Positions 38,649 to 48,495 of a DNA stretch of 64,000 nucleotides are shown here, one piece after another (within the stretch, counting starts at the first letter, position 1; every line of letters begins with the position of its first letter). This stretch comes from an uncultured delta proteobacterium (lineage in GTDB: Bacteria; Myxococcota_A; Polyangia; Palsa-1104), in contig CAWAWS010000003.1 in NCBI GenBank assembly GCA_963785725.1, positions 224,001 to 288,000 of the forward strand, read 5' to 3'. A program made the translations under genes and the position numbers. Below the pieces are notes generated by a model. It was not told the DNA's origin. It searched no databases and saw only the letters and a program-made list of their open reading frames with translations.

Positions 38649-38996
38649 ATGACGAAACATTCGTCGAGCCATTTGACCGAGGCCGACCGGGAGCGACTGC
38701 GGAAGGCGCTGACGCGCAAGCGCGACACGCTCGTCGCGGCCGAGAAGAGCAACGAGCCTGGGCGGCGCGGGCTGAACGAGCTCGAGCCCGAAGACGGCGA
38801 TCTGGCCGAGCAGGTCATCGAGCAGGACTCGGCGCTGCTCGTCGGCCAGCACGACGACGCGCTGCTCGCCGACGTCGACCGCGCGCTGGCCAAGCTCGAC
38901 GCGGGCACGTACGGCACGAGCGAGAAGACGGGCGCGCCGATTCCGCTGGCGCGACTGGAAGCGATTCCGTGGGCGCGTAATAACGTCGGCGAATAG
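38649..38996 (+). CDS. TraR/DksA-family regulator lacking zinc-finger cysteines
   Basis: Coiled coil with EDGDLA; DRALAKLDAGTYGTSEKTGAPIPLARLEAIPWAR; SD GAGGAG. Confidence 0.85.
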   Translation: MTKHSSSHLTEADRERLRKALTRKRDTLVAAEKSNEPGRRGLNELEPEDGDLAEQVIEQDSALLVGQHDDALLADVDRALAKLDAGTYGTSEKTGAPIPLARLEAIPWARNNVGE

Positions 38997-39091
38997 GCCG
39001 ACTGGGATCGGCGTCCGGGCCGATCGTCGCGACGTGCGATCCACGTCGCTCCGTCCTTTCTAACGCGCGATTCCCAACGTGAGCGTACGAA

Positions 39092-40489
39092 TCAGCCGCC
39101 CGCCGCCGGGGTCATGACGAGCGTCTTGCCGGCGCAGCTCGTCGCGACCTGGCTGCCGGTCCGCGTCGCCTTCACCGCCAGCCCATCGCACGTCACCGCG
39201 ACCTCGCCGGTATAAACCGCCGTCGGCGCCGCCAGCAGCTGCGTCCCCGCCGTGCCCTGCATTTGTACCGTCAGCGTAAGAGTCGGCGGATCGAACGTGA
39301 ACGACTGCAGCTGGCCGGCGATCGCCTGCGGATACGCGCGCGCCACCAAGCTGACGGCGGCCGCGCGCAGCGTGCGCGTAAACGCCACTTGCCCGCTCGC
39401 GTCCGTCGTCGGCGCCTCGTCATATAAACCCCAGCAGGACGGATTGCCGCACGTCGACGGCCACTCTTCATATAGCCATAATGACGCCGATAACGCGTGC
39501 ATATCGAGGCTCGTATAAGCCGCGGTCAACCAGGCGGCGCCGACCGGGTCGGCCGGATCATTCCCGAATTCGGTCACCATGACCGCGGCGTCGGCTTCCT
39601 GCGCCTCGCCGACGATACCGCTGACGCTCTCTTCGATCCGCGAGTCCTGTCCGACCATCCAATTGCCCTGAAATACGCCGGTATATAAATGCGGCGAATA
39701 GACCGTATCGTGAACGGTCAGCGGATCGGGATTGGCGAAGTCGATGACATTGCGCAACGCATCGGGCTCGAAATAGATCGGCAATTCCGGCGCCGCCGCG
39801 CGCACGGCCGGCGCCACCACACCGTAGAATGTCGCCAACTGCGCCTGCGTCGCCAAGGGCTCGTTCATGAGCTCGAGGCCGATGATTCCCGGCTGACGCT
39901 CGATGAGCCGCGCCAATTCCCCCGCCATATTCGCGTAGTCCTGCGTCAGCGTCGCGTCGGAGACGAAGCCGTTGAAGGCCGCTTGCACGGCGGCGCTCGT
40001 CGACGCTTGATTGCCGGCGCGCTCGTCGGCGTCGACCGCCGGCAGCGCGGGAGCGTGCGCCCAGAACGGCGCACCGTCGGCGCCGATATATTTGGACCAC
40101 GCGTCCTGATGTAAATCGACGAATGTATAGACGCCCTGTCGATAACAATCGGCCGCGAGCTGCAGGACCATTTCCACGTAAGCGCCATCGATATTGCCGC
40201 GCGTCGGCTCGAGCAAGCTCCAATTGATGGGCAATCGCAAGGCGTTCATGCCGAAGTCTTGACCGACGACGCGGCAATCGTCGGCCGTGAACGGCGGCAG
40301 CGGCAACGACGCGTGATAAGGATCGAAGAAGCCGGCGGCGCGAATATTGACGCCGCGCAAGACGACGGCGCGCCCCGATTGATCGACGAGCTGCGTGCCG
40401 TTGGAATAGACCGGCGCGCGATGATGCGACGCGCTACAGCCGATATTCGATAACAACGAAACCGATAACGACATAAGCCATAATCGCAT
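39092..40489 (-). CDS. GH5 endoglycoceramidase-like lipoprotein
   Basis: GRAVVLRGVN, RLPINWSLLEP, DLHQD, ELMNEP (acid/base), SPHLY, VTEFG (nucleophile), RAYPQAIAG. Confidence 0.88.
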   Translation of the reverse strand: MRLWLMSLSVSLLSNIGCSASHHRAPVYSNGTQLVDQSGRAVVLRGVNIRAAGFFDPYHASLPLPPFTADDCRVVGQDFGMNALRLPINWSLLEPTRGNIDGAYVEMVLQLAADCYRQGVYTFVDLHQDAWSKYIGADGAPFWAHAPALPAVDADERAGNQASTSAAVQAAFNGFVSDATLTQDYANMAGELARLIERQPGIIGLELMNEPLATQAQLATFYGVVAPAVRAAAPELPIYFEPDALRNVIDFANPDPLTVHDTVYSPHLYTGVFQGNWMVGQDSRIEESVSGIVGEAQEADAAVMVTEFGNDPADPVGAAWLTAAYTSLDMHALSASLWLYEEWPSTCGNPSCWGLYDEAPTTDASGQVAFTRTLRAAAVSLVARAYPQAIAGQLQSFTFDPPTLTLTVQMQGTAGTQLLAAPTAVYTGEVAVTCDGLAVKATRTGSQVATSCAGKTLVMTPAAGG

Positions 40490-40503
40490 TGATTATTCCT
40501 TCA

Positions 40504-41463
40504 TCAGCCGGCGTCCCAATATCCGATTTCGGGCGCGTCAGCGGGTGTGGCGCGCGCGTGTTTCTTCAGCGCGTCGACGAAGAAGCGCACCTTCGTCGGC
40601 GTAAACGGCGACGGCGCATGGAGCACATAGACCGCTCGCTGCACGCGCGGGAAAGCGTCGAGGACCCGCACCAATCGCCCTTCGGACAGGTCCGGCTCGA
40701 CGAGATAGCGCGGCAGCTCGGCGATTCCAACGCCGGCCAGCGCCGCCGCGCGAATCGACAGCGCGTTACTGAGCTGCAGCTTACCGTCGACCGCCAAATA
40801 GCCGCGCGTCGAATCGCCCGACTTCGACTTGAACCGCCAAGGCATCGTTCGACCATTGACGCGACACGGTAAACATTCGTGACGCGTCAGCTCGGCCGGG
40901 CTCTTGGGAATTCCCTTACGCGCTAGATATTCGGGGCTCGCGCAGAGATAGCGCACATCCTCGTCCAGCTTGCGCGCCACCATTTCATCGGGCGGATTGG
41001 GCGCGGTCCTGACCGCGATATCGATCTGCTCTTTGATGAGATCGACGACTTGATCGGTCATATCGAATAGAACGCGCACGCGCGGATATTGCCGCTGAAA
41101 CGCCAATACGACCGGTAAGACGCGCAAATGGCCGAGCACGACCGGCGCCGTAATACGCAGTGTCCCTTTGGGCTCGGGATCGTTTTGCTGCAGCTCGAGC
41201 TCGCTGGCGTCGAGCTCTTCGAGGACGCGGCGCGCGCGCTCGCAATAGAGAATGCCGATCTCGGTCAGCTGCACGCGCCGCGTCGTGCGATGGACGAGCC
41301 GCGTCTTGAGGCGCTCCTCCATGCGCGACACCAGCTTGCTCACCGCCGACGCCGTCAACCCCAAATCCTTCGCCGCCGCGGCAAACGACGAGCACTCGGC
41401 GATGGCAATGAGCGCCATCATCCCGCGCACGGTCTCGGGAGCGACCGCGAGGTTCCGCTTCAT
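40504..41463 (-). CDS. LysR-family transcriptional regulator (CrgA-like)
   Basis: SFAAAAKDLGLTASAVSKLVSRMEERLKTRLVHRTTRRVQLTE, GTLRITAP, CASPEYL. Confidence 0.93.
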   Translation of the reverse strand: MKRNLAVAPETVRGMMALIAIAECSSFAAAAKDLGLTASAVSKLVSRMEERLKTRLVHRTTRRVQLTEIGILYCERARRVLEELDASELELQQNDPEPKGTLRITAPVVLGHLRVLPVVLAFQRQYPRVRVLFDMTDQVVDLIKEQIDIAVRTAPNPPDEMVARKLDEDVRYLCASPEYLARKGIPKSPAELTRHECLPCRVNGRTMPWRFKSKSGDSTRGYLAVDGKLQLSNALSIRAAALAGVGIAELPRYLVEPDLSEGRLVRVLDAFPRVQRAVYVLHAPSPFTPTKVRFFVDALKKHARATPADAPEIGYWDAG

Positions 41464-41693
41464 ACGGTCACATTATCGCGAAAGCGACGCGGCGTCCTAG
41501 CGTGCCTGCGTAATCCGCCGGCGGAATCGCGCGGCGATTGAGCCGGCCGACGAGTGCCGGGCGATTGGCGCGCGGCGACTGAGGCGCGATTGCTGACTGC
41601 CGTTCATCACAGTCGCGAACCGTCGCCGGATTATCAAGTCGTCGCCGGCGATACACGATGTTTCTTACCTCGCAGCGCCAGGAGACTCGGCAA

Positions 41694-42713
41694 ATGACGA
41701 CGAATATCGAGCAGCAGCAGTCGAGAACGATTATTTCGCGGACGACACGAGCGTGGCTGGCGGCAGCCTTGGCGCTCATCGCGGGCGGTTGCGGCGCGGC
41801 GCCGAAAGCGGGCGCGCGCCACGCCGAGCTGCCGCCGGAGCTGATGACGCACTTCGACGCCAAGGCGGCCGAGCTGCCCGAAGGGCTCGCCATTCGCGAC
41901 CAGCGCGCTTATGTGGGCTTCGCGCCCAGCGGCGCCATCGCCGCCGTCGACCTGAAGACCGGCGGTGTCACCCGCTTCGCCAAGCTGCCGTCGCCGGTGC
42001 CGGGGAAAGGGTTCATGACCGGCCTCGCCTTCAGCGGCAGCGGGCTGTATGCGGCGCTGGTCTCGTTCGTGCCCGAAGTCGCCGCCGGCATCTATCGCGT
42101 CCCGGCGAGCGGCGGCGCGGCGACGCTCTTCGGACACCACCCGCACATGCTGTTTCCGAACGGCATCGCGCCCGCCGCGCGCGGCACGCTGTACGTCACC
42201 GACTCGGCCGCCGGCGCCATCTTCCGCGTCGCCGCCGACGGCACCACCGAGGAGTGGCTGCACGACGACCTCTTGCGCGGCGGCAAAGACGCGTGCGGCC
42301 CCGGCAAAGGCGTCGGGCTGCCATTCGATATCGGCGCCAACGGCATCGTCATCAAAGACGGCGCGCTCTATGTCACCAACACCGATAAGGCGACGTTGAT
42401 TCGCGTGCCCATCGGCGCCGACGGCGGCGCCGGCGCGCCGCGCGTGCTGGCCGGTCCCGACTGCGATCGCCTGAGCGGCGCCGACGGACTGACGGTCGCG
42501 CCCGACGGCGCCTTCATCGTCGCCGCCAATCACCTGGGCGCGCTCGTGCGCATCGACGCCGCGGGCACGATCGAGACGCTCTACCACGGCGCGCCGCTCG
42601 ACTTCCCGGCGAGCGTCGCGTTCGTCGGGGGCACGCTCTTCGCCTCCAACTTCTCGTTCCTCGACGCCGCGACGACGCAGGCGGCGCCCGGCCTCATCCG
42701 CATCAGCTACTGA
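41694..42713 (+). CDS. SMP-30/gluconolactonase-like beta-propeller lipoprotein (copy 1)
   Basis: AGGC lipobox, PEGL, FPNGI, LYVTDS, GANGI, GADGL; SD AGGAG. Confidence 0.8.
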   Translation: MTTNIEQQQSRTIISRTTRAWLAAALALIAGGCGAAPKAGARHAELPPELMTHFDAKAAELPEGLAIRDQRAYVGFAPSGAIAAVDLKTGGVTRFAKLPSPVPGKGFMTGLAFSGSGLYAALVSFVPEVAAGIYRVPASGGAATLFGHHPHMLFPNGIAPAARGTLYVTDSAAGAIFRVAADGTTEEWLHDDLLRGGKDACGPGKGVGLPFDIGANGIVIKDGALYVTNTDKATLIRVPIGADGGAGAPRVLAGPDCDRLSGADGLTVAPDGAFIVAANHLGALVRIDAAGTIETLYHGAPLDFPASVAFVGGTLFASNFSFLDAATTQAAPGLIRISY

Positions 42714-42760
42714 GCCTCACGCCCTTCATCCCTGCGAATCGGAGAGCCGCCATGACGCCA

Positions 42761-42870
42761 ATGATTAGCCACCGTATCACTTTCGCGAAAGCAATCAGCC
42801 GCCCTATCGGCTTGGCCAAGGTGATGAGCCACCGCAGCAATCTCGTGAAAGTAATTAGCCACCGTATTAC
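42761..42870. repeat. Four 30-bp-period units with core TTAGCCRCCGTA and palindromic spacers
   Basis: Units at 42761, 42791, 42821, 42851; spacers TTTCGCGAAA, CTTGGCCAAG, TCTCGTGAAA. Confidence 0.85.
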
Positions 42871-42919
42871 TTCGGCGCTGCTGTTGCTGCTGACGCTCAG
42901 CCAACGCCGCTTGGCCGCG

Positions 42920-43873
42920 ATGAGGCGCCGTACCAGTTTGGCGGCGCTGCTGTTGCTCGGCGCGGCGGTCGGCTGCTCGTCGGCGGCCTGGCCGACGGCA
43001 CCGACGACGGCCGACGAGCTGGTGCATCTCGACGCGGCGCAAGGTCAGCTGTCCGAGGGCTTGGCGCTGCACGACGGCGCGGCCTATCTCGGCTTCGCCG
43101 CGTCGGCGCAAGTGGTGGCGATCGACCTGGCCGGCGGCAAGCTGACGCCCTACTCGTCCTTGCCGACGCCGGCCGCGGGCGCCGGCTTCGTCACCGGCTT
43201 GGCCTTCTTCGGCGACGATCTGTACGGCGCGCTCGTCTCGTTCGTCCCCGACGTGCAAGCAGGAATCTATCGCGCCGCGAGCGCCGGCGCGCCGGCGACG
43301 CTCTTCGCCAAGGACCCGGACATGATCTTCCCCAACGGGCTGTGGTTCGACACGGGCGGCCTCCTCTATGTCACCGACTCGGCCGCGGGCGTCATCTTTC
43401 GCATCACGACGGACGGAGTCGTGAGCAAGTGGGCGAGCGATCCGCTGCTCGTCGGCGGCAAAGACTACTGCGGCGCCGGCAAGGGCGTGGGCGTGTCGTT
43501 CGACATCGGCGCCAATGGCATCGTCCGCAAAGGCGACGCGTTCTATGTCACCAACACCGATAAGGCCTCGGTCATTCGCATTCCCATCGCCGCTGACGGA
43601 TCGGCCGGCCCGGCGACGGCCTTCAGCGGACCCAGCTGCGCCGACCTGAGCGGCGCCGACGGCATCACGCTCGCGCCCGACGGCGACTTCGTCGTCGCCA
43701 GCAACCACTTGAGCCAGCTCCTGCGCGTCGACGGCAAAGGCGTCGTGACGCCGATCTTGTCCGGCGCGCCGCTCGACTTCCCGACGAGCATGGTCTTCCA
43801 GAACGACGAGCTCTACGTCAGCAACTTCGCCTTCCTCGACGCGCTGAACCCGGGCCTGTTGCGCATCAAATAA
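42920..43873 (+). CDS. SMP-30/gluconolactonase-like lipoprotein (copy 2, tandem paralogue; alternative start 42752)
   Basis: AVGC lipobox; segments nearly identical to copy 1 (LY.ALVSFVP, YVTDSAAG, FDIGANGI, YVTNTDKA, LSGADG). Confidence 0.82.
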   Translation: MRRRTSLAALLLLGAAVGCSSAAWPTAPTTADELVHLDAAQGQLSEGLALHDGAAYLGFAASAQVVAIDLAGGKLTPYSSLPTPAAGAGFVTGLAFFGDDLYGALVSFVPDVQAGIYRAASAGAPATLFAKDPDMIFPNGLWFDTGGLLYVTDSAAGVIFRITTDGVVSKWASDPLLVGGKDYCGAGKGVGVSFDIGANGIVRKGDAFYVTNTDKASVIRIPIAADGSAGPATAFSGPSCADLSGADGITLAPDGDFVVASNHLSQLLRVDGKGVVTPILSGAPLDFPTSMVFQNDELYVSNFAFLDALNPGLLRIK

Positions 43874-44067
43874 TCAGCCGCCGGATTACTTCAGTCGGGC
43901 GCCCTATCGAGTCGCTCGTGCCGCGTCACTTCCGTAAGCTGACGCTGCGAGTAATTGGCCACCGTATCAACCAGCCGGCAGTTAGCCGCCGTACTGATTT
44001 AGTTAGCCACCGTATCAATCGGCCGGTAGTTAGCCGCCGTACTGGTTTAGTTAGCCACCGTATCAAC
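43870..44067. repeat. Second array of TTAGCCRCCGTA-core repeats
   Basis: One unit over the stop codon (43870) plus cores at 43955, 43982, 44003, 44030, 44051 (27/21/27/21 spacing). Confidence 0.85.
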
Positions 44068-45373
44068 CGCAGTGAGGCGCATCGTGGACAAGCTTCGCAT
44101 TCTCGCGCTGCACGGCTATCACGGCAGCGCCGCTATCTTGCAGAGCCAGCTGCGTCCGCTGGCCGAGGCGTCGAGCCCGCTGGCGGACTTCGTCTATGTC
44201 GACGCCCCGTCGCTGGCGAACGGCGACTTCGGTTGGTGGCACGCCAGCGGCAAGGAGGGTTCCATCCGCTACCAGGGTTGGTCGCGAACGCGCGATTGGC
44301 TGAAGCAGCTTTGCGCTACGAAAGGTCCGTTCGACGGCGTCTTCGGCTTCAGCCAAGGCGCGGCGCTGACCGCGCTCCTCGTAGGACTGTGCGCGGCCGA
44401 GCCGCGGCGTCCCGAGGCGCAGCTGCACTTCGACTTCGCCATGCTGGTCGGCGGCTTCGCCAGCGGCGACGCGCGTCATGCGCCGCTCTACGAAGCCCTG
44501 CGCGGCCACGAGCTGCCGACGTTGCACCTCATCGGCCGCTCGGATTCGATCGTCTCGAGCACGCGGTCGCACGCGTTGGCGCGGCGCTTCGAATCGCCGC
44601 TGATTCTCGAGCATGACGGCGGCCACGTCATCGCGGCCACGCCGCCGATTCGCCGCGACGTGCACGCATTCCTCGAGCGAATGGCGCAGCGGCGGCGATT
44701 GCGCCGTGAAGGACGAGCCGGTCGAACGGCGACCGCAGTCGCGCAGGCGGCGCGGCGTCCGACGTCAGCGTCGCCATCGCAATCATCCCCGCCGTGGCAA
44801 TCGTCGCCCCACTATTCGCAGTCGCCGTCCTATTCGTCTTCGCCGTCGCATTCGCCGTCACGTTTGTCCTCGCCGTCGCCATCGCCGTCGTCCTATTCAT
44901 CCTCGCCATCGCAAGGGCCGTCACGTTTGTCCTCGCCGTCGCCATCGTCACCGTCCTATTCGTCCTCGCGCTCACAATCGGGATCCATCGCGCTGCCCGC
45001 CGGGCCGCTCGACGTGCCGTTGTGGAGCGGGCGCGCGCATCCGGCCTTGCGCATCCACTGGCCGACCGGCGCGCGCGCCGCGTCTTTGCCGGCGCTGCTC
45101 GTCTTCCGCGGCGGCGCCTACGCCACCGATCACGGCAGCGGGGAAGGCACCGCCGAGTGGGCTGCGCAGCACGGCCTCATCGGCGTCGAAGTCGAATACG
45201 CCACGCGCGCCACGCGGCAGTCATACCCCGCCGGGTATGCCGACGCGGCGCGCGCCATGCGGCTCGTCCGCAAGCACGCCGCCGAATGGGGCATCGATCC
45301 CGCGCGCGTCGGCGTCGTCGGCTATTCCGCCGGCGGCCACCTGGCGTCGCTGTTGAGCACGCAGCCGGCCTTA

Positions 45374-46706
45374 GGGCCCGCGAATGGTCGAGTCGATCGA
45401 GTTGGGCGAAAGAAGATCGCGCTCGGGGATCGACAAGGACCGTCTGGCGTGATTTATCTTCGGAGTGGACGCCGAAGAGTTGGTTCGTCAGAAGTGGCGA
45501 CTGCTGAATCCGACGATGGACGAACGCGCTCGTCGACTGTGGGCCGGCGCTGAGGCGGGCGCCATCGGCTACGGAGGTGTGGCCGCCGTGGCGCGGGCGA
45601 CGGGGATGGCAATCAGCACCGTGCGCAAGGGTCGCGACGAGGCACGTGCCGGCGCGCGTCCCGAAGACGTAGTCAAGGTTCGGCGCAGTAGTGGGAAGCG
45701 ACCGTTCGAGGTCGCGCATCCGACGGTATGGCCCGCGCTCGAGAGACTCATCGATCCAGTCACGCGGGGCGATCCGGAGTCGCCGCTCCGGTGGACGAGC
45801 AAAAGCACGCAAGTGCTGTCGGCCGAACTGTTCGCTCGGCACGTGATTCGGGTCAGCGACCGGACCGTGGCCAAGTTGCTCCGCAGCCACGGATACAGCC
45901 TTCAGGCGCCGAACAAAGCGGTCGAGGGAGCGCAGCACCCGGACCGCAACGCGCAGTTCGAGCACATCAACGCCAAGGCCCAGGCCTGCGTCGAGCGTGG
46001 CGTGCCGGTGATCTCCGTCGACACGAAGAAGAAAGAGCTGGTCGGCAATTTCAAGAATGGCGGCCGCGAATGGCAGCTCAAAGGCGAGCCGGAGTTGGTG
46101 GACGTCCACGACTTTCCGTCCGACGCGGTGGGCAAGGCTATCCCGTATGGGGTCTACGACGTGGCCGCCAACGACGGTTTCGTGAGCGTCGGCGTCAATC
46201 ACGACACCCCGGTCTTCGCGGTAACTTCTATCGAAGCCTGGTGGAGGCTGCTGGGTCAGAAACGTTATCCGAAGGCGCGAGAGATTTTCATCACCGCCGA
46301 TGCGGGCGGCAGCAACAGCTATCGATCACACGTGTGGAAACAGCAGCTTCAGCGGCTGGCAGACAAGCTCGGGCTGGCTGTCCACGTGAGTCATTTTCCG
46401 CCGGGTACCAGCAAGTGGAACAAGGTCGAGCACCGACTGTTTTCGTTCATATCGATCAACTGGCGAGGGCGACCGCTGCGGTCGTACGAGACGATCATCA
46501 ATCTGATCGGCAACACGACCAACGTCGGTGGGCTGGTCGTGCGCGCGCGCCTCGATCGTCGCAACTATCCTATCGGCAAGAAGGTCTCAGCGAAGGAGCT
46601 TCGCGAGCTGAAGATCGACAGACACGACTTCCACGGCGATTGGAACTACGTGATCAAACCGCGCAACGCGCAAGGCTGATCGGCCGACTTGTGCATTCGC
46701 GGGCCC
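45374..46706 (+). mobile_element. ISAzo13-family insertion sequence, 1333 bp
   Basis: Terminal IRs GGGCCCGCGAATG / CATTCGCGGGCCC (13 bp perfect, imperfect to about 27 bp); TTA direct repeats at 45371-45373 and 46707-46709. Confidence 0.92.
45465..46679 (+). CDS. ISAzo13-family (Rhodopirellula-type DDE) transposase
   Basis: RGDPESPLRWTSKS, HPDRNAQFEHIN, ISVDTKKKELVGNFKNGG, ITADAGGSN, PPGTSKWNKVEHRLFS, FHGDWNY. Confidence 0.95.
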   Translation: MDAEELVRQKWRLLNPTMDERARRLWAGAEAGAIGYGGVAAVARATGMAISTVRKGRDEARAGARPEDVVKVRRSSGKRPFEVAHPTVWPALERLIDPVTRGDPESPLRWTSKSTQVLSAELFARHVIRVSDRTVAKLLRSHGYSLQAPNKAVEGAQHPDRNAQFEHINAKAQACVERGVPVISVDTKKKELVGNFKNGGREWQLKGEPELVDVHDFPSDAVGKAIPYGVYDVAANDGFVSVGVNHDTPVFAVTSIEAWWRLLGQKRYPKAREIFITADAGGSNSYRSHVWKQQLQRLADKLGLAVHVSHFPPGTSKWNKVEHRLFSFISINWRGRPLRSYETIINLIGNTTNVGGLVVRARLDRRNYPIGKKVSAKELRELKIDRHDFHGDWNYVIKPRNAQG

Positions 46707-47281
46707 TTACCCGGCGATGGCGCCGACGATCTGGCCGCGCAGGTCTCGGCGCGCCCCGACCTCGTCGTGCTCGCTTATCCGCTCATTTCGTTCGTCGATC
46801 ATTATCGGCGCGGCGCCTTCGTCGGCTCGGTCGAAAACTTCTTCGGTCGCAGCGACATCAGCGATGACGAACGCCGCCAATTCTCCAACGAGCTGCACGT
46901 CACCGCCACGCACCCGCCCGTCTTCGTTTGGACGACCGAGGACGACGCGCTCGTGCCGTATACCCATTCGCAGCGATTCGTCGCGGCTTGCCGGCGCGCC
47001 AACGTGCCGGTCACCTATCGGCTGTACGCGCACGGGCCGCACGGCCTCGGACTGGCGCTCGACGAGCCCGGCGATGTGGCCGGCTGGACTACAAAGCTCG
47101 CCGAATGGCTAAAGCAGCAATGGAATCTGCAGCCATAACCCCACGCCCTCGCGAATAGAGCGTAAGCGCGCAATCAGGTCGGCGGATTGCAGTCATTGCG
47201 CCGTGACGTAAGCCGCGGAGTGCGTCGTAAAGAGGGAACATTGTCGAAGCCTTAATGGTAATGAATGAATTGGAGGCTTCG

Positions 47282-48226
47282 ATGATTGAACGTGCGCGCT
47301 CGGGTTTGGCTGCCGTCCTCTTCTTCACGGCGAGCACGTCGCTGGCCGCGGCGCCGAGCCCGAAGGACAAGATCTTCGCGAAGCTGGAGGCGCACGACAT
47401 GAGCGGCGCCGAAGCGGCATTGGCCCGCTGGAAGGCCGACAAAGGCGAAGCCGATCCCGAATATTGGGTGGCCGGCGCCAATGTTTATTTCGAAATGGGC
47501 TATCAATCGACGCTGGCGCTCGAGAGTCTGCCGGCCGCTCAAGACAAGGTCGGAGACGGCAAGAGCGTCGTTTTCTCCGACAAAAAGAGCGGTAAGCCGG
47601 TGGGCGTCATTACCGCGGGCGCACCCCATATCGATATGCCGACGATCAAGAAGGCGATCGGCTATCTCGACGAAGGGGTGCGCCGCTTTCCCAATCGACT
47701 CGATATGTTCGTCGGGCGCGCGCACCTCTATCGCACCATCGGCGATCTGCCGGGCGAGTTGGCGGCGCTGACCAGCTTGACCAAAGATCCGCAGGCCAAA
47801 GCCGCGCCTTTCAAGGACGGCGACGCGCCGCTCACGCGCTCTCTCGAGGATTGGCAGGTCACGATGCTGAACACTTACGCGCGCGAGCACTTCGACGCCG
47901 ACGGCGACGAGCAGTGGCGCGACGGCATCGCGGTGGCCACGCTGTTGACGAAGCAGTTTCCCAAGCGCGCCGAGGGCTACAACCTGCTCGCAGTGGGCGC
48001 GACGATGCAGGGCGATTGGAGCGCGGCCAAGCGGCAGTTCGAGGCGGCGCTGAGCGTGGCGCCGCGCGACGCGCTGGTCGTCGGCAATCTCGGCTACTGC
48101 TTGGAGAAGCTGGGCGACAACAAGGGCGCGATCGCGCAATACGAGAAGGTCGTGGCGCTCGACAATGACGCGAGCGAGGTGGCGCGCGCCAAGAGCCGGC
48201 TGGCGGCGCTGCAGGGCGCGAAGTAG
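47282..48226 (+). CDS. Secreted TPR-repeat protein
   Basis: SD GGAGG; signal peptide; AKRQFEAALSVAPRD, NLGYCLEKLGDNKGAIAQYEKVVALD. Confidence 0.8.
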   Translation: MIERARSGLAAVLFFTASTSLAAAPSPKDKIFAKLEAHDMSGAEAALARWKADKGEADPEYWVAGANVYFEMGYQSTLALESLPAAQDKVGDGKSVVFSDKKSGKPVGVITAGAPHIDMPTIKKAIGYLDEGVRRFPNRLDMFVGRAHLYRTIGDLPGELAALTSLTKDPQAKAAPFKDGDAPLTRSLEDWQVTMLNTYAREHFDADGDEQWRDGIAVATLLTKQFPKRAEGYNLLAVGATMQGDWSAAKRQFEAALSVAPRDALVVGNLGYCLEKLGDNKGAIAQYEKVVALDNDASEVARAKSRLAALQGAK

Positions 48227-48456
48227 GCACACCCGCCTGCACGCGGTCCGCATGGCCGCACCGCGATCGCGACCGAGCCGTCAGCCGACGCCGCGCGCGG
48301 CCACGCGTAAATCAGCTATTCGCCCGCGCCACCGACGAGAACCGCGTAGCCCCGTCATCCACAGCCGGCGGCGACGCCAACTGCGCCAGCCACTCATCTG
48401 CGCGATTGCTGCGTGCGTCTTCGCACACTTGGCGCGGCGGCGACCTTCGCCACGGC

Positions 48457-48472
48457 TGGCCGCGCGCTTGCA
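48457..48472 (+). promoter_or_regulatory. Putative sigma54 (-24/-12) promoter
   Basis: TGGCCGCGCGCTTGCA = GG-N10-GC; predicted TSS just upstream of SD GGAGGA of the 48496 gene. Confidence 0.55.
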
Positions 48473-48495
48473 ATATCGGCGGCGCGGAGGATCCC

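Larger units (their letters stand above)
44084..47138 (+). pseudogene. FSH1-type serine hydrolase fused to a BD-FAE/xylan-esterase-like alpha/beta hydrolase, interrupted by an IS
   Basis: ILALHGY...GVFGFSQGA...EHDGGH (FSH1), Ser/Pro linker, GGAY...GYSAGGHLA. Removing the IS and one TTA restores ...STQPALPGDGADDLAAQVSARPDLVVLAYP...GPHGLG in frame. Confidence 0.85.

Noticed and set aside
39092..41463. Horizontally acquired low-GC island
   Set aside because: Codons look somewhat more AT-rich by eye, but I cannot quantify this and see no integrase, tRNA or boundary repeats.
42761..44067. CRISPR array or integron attC sites
   Set aside because: Spacers are only about 9-18 bp, repeats are degenerate, there are no cas or intI genes, and no paired RYYYAAC/GTTRRRY ends.
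46689..47138. Independent 149-aa hydrolase gene
   Set aside because: It is the 3' half of the IS-interrupted gene, and its apparent start lies inside the IS right end.
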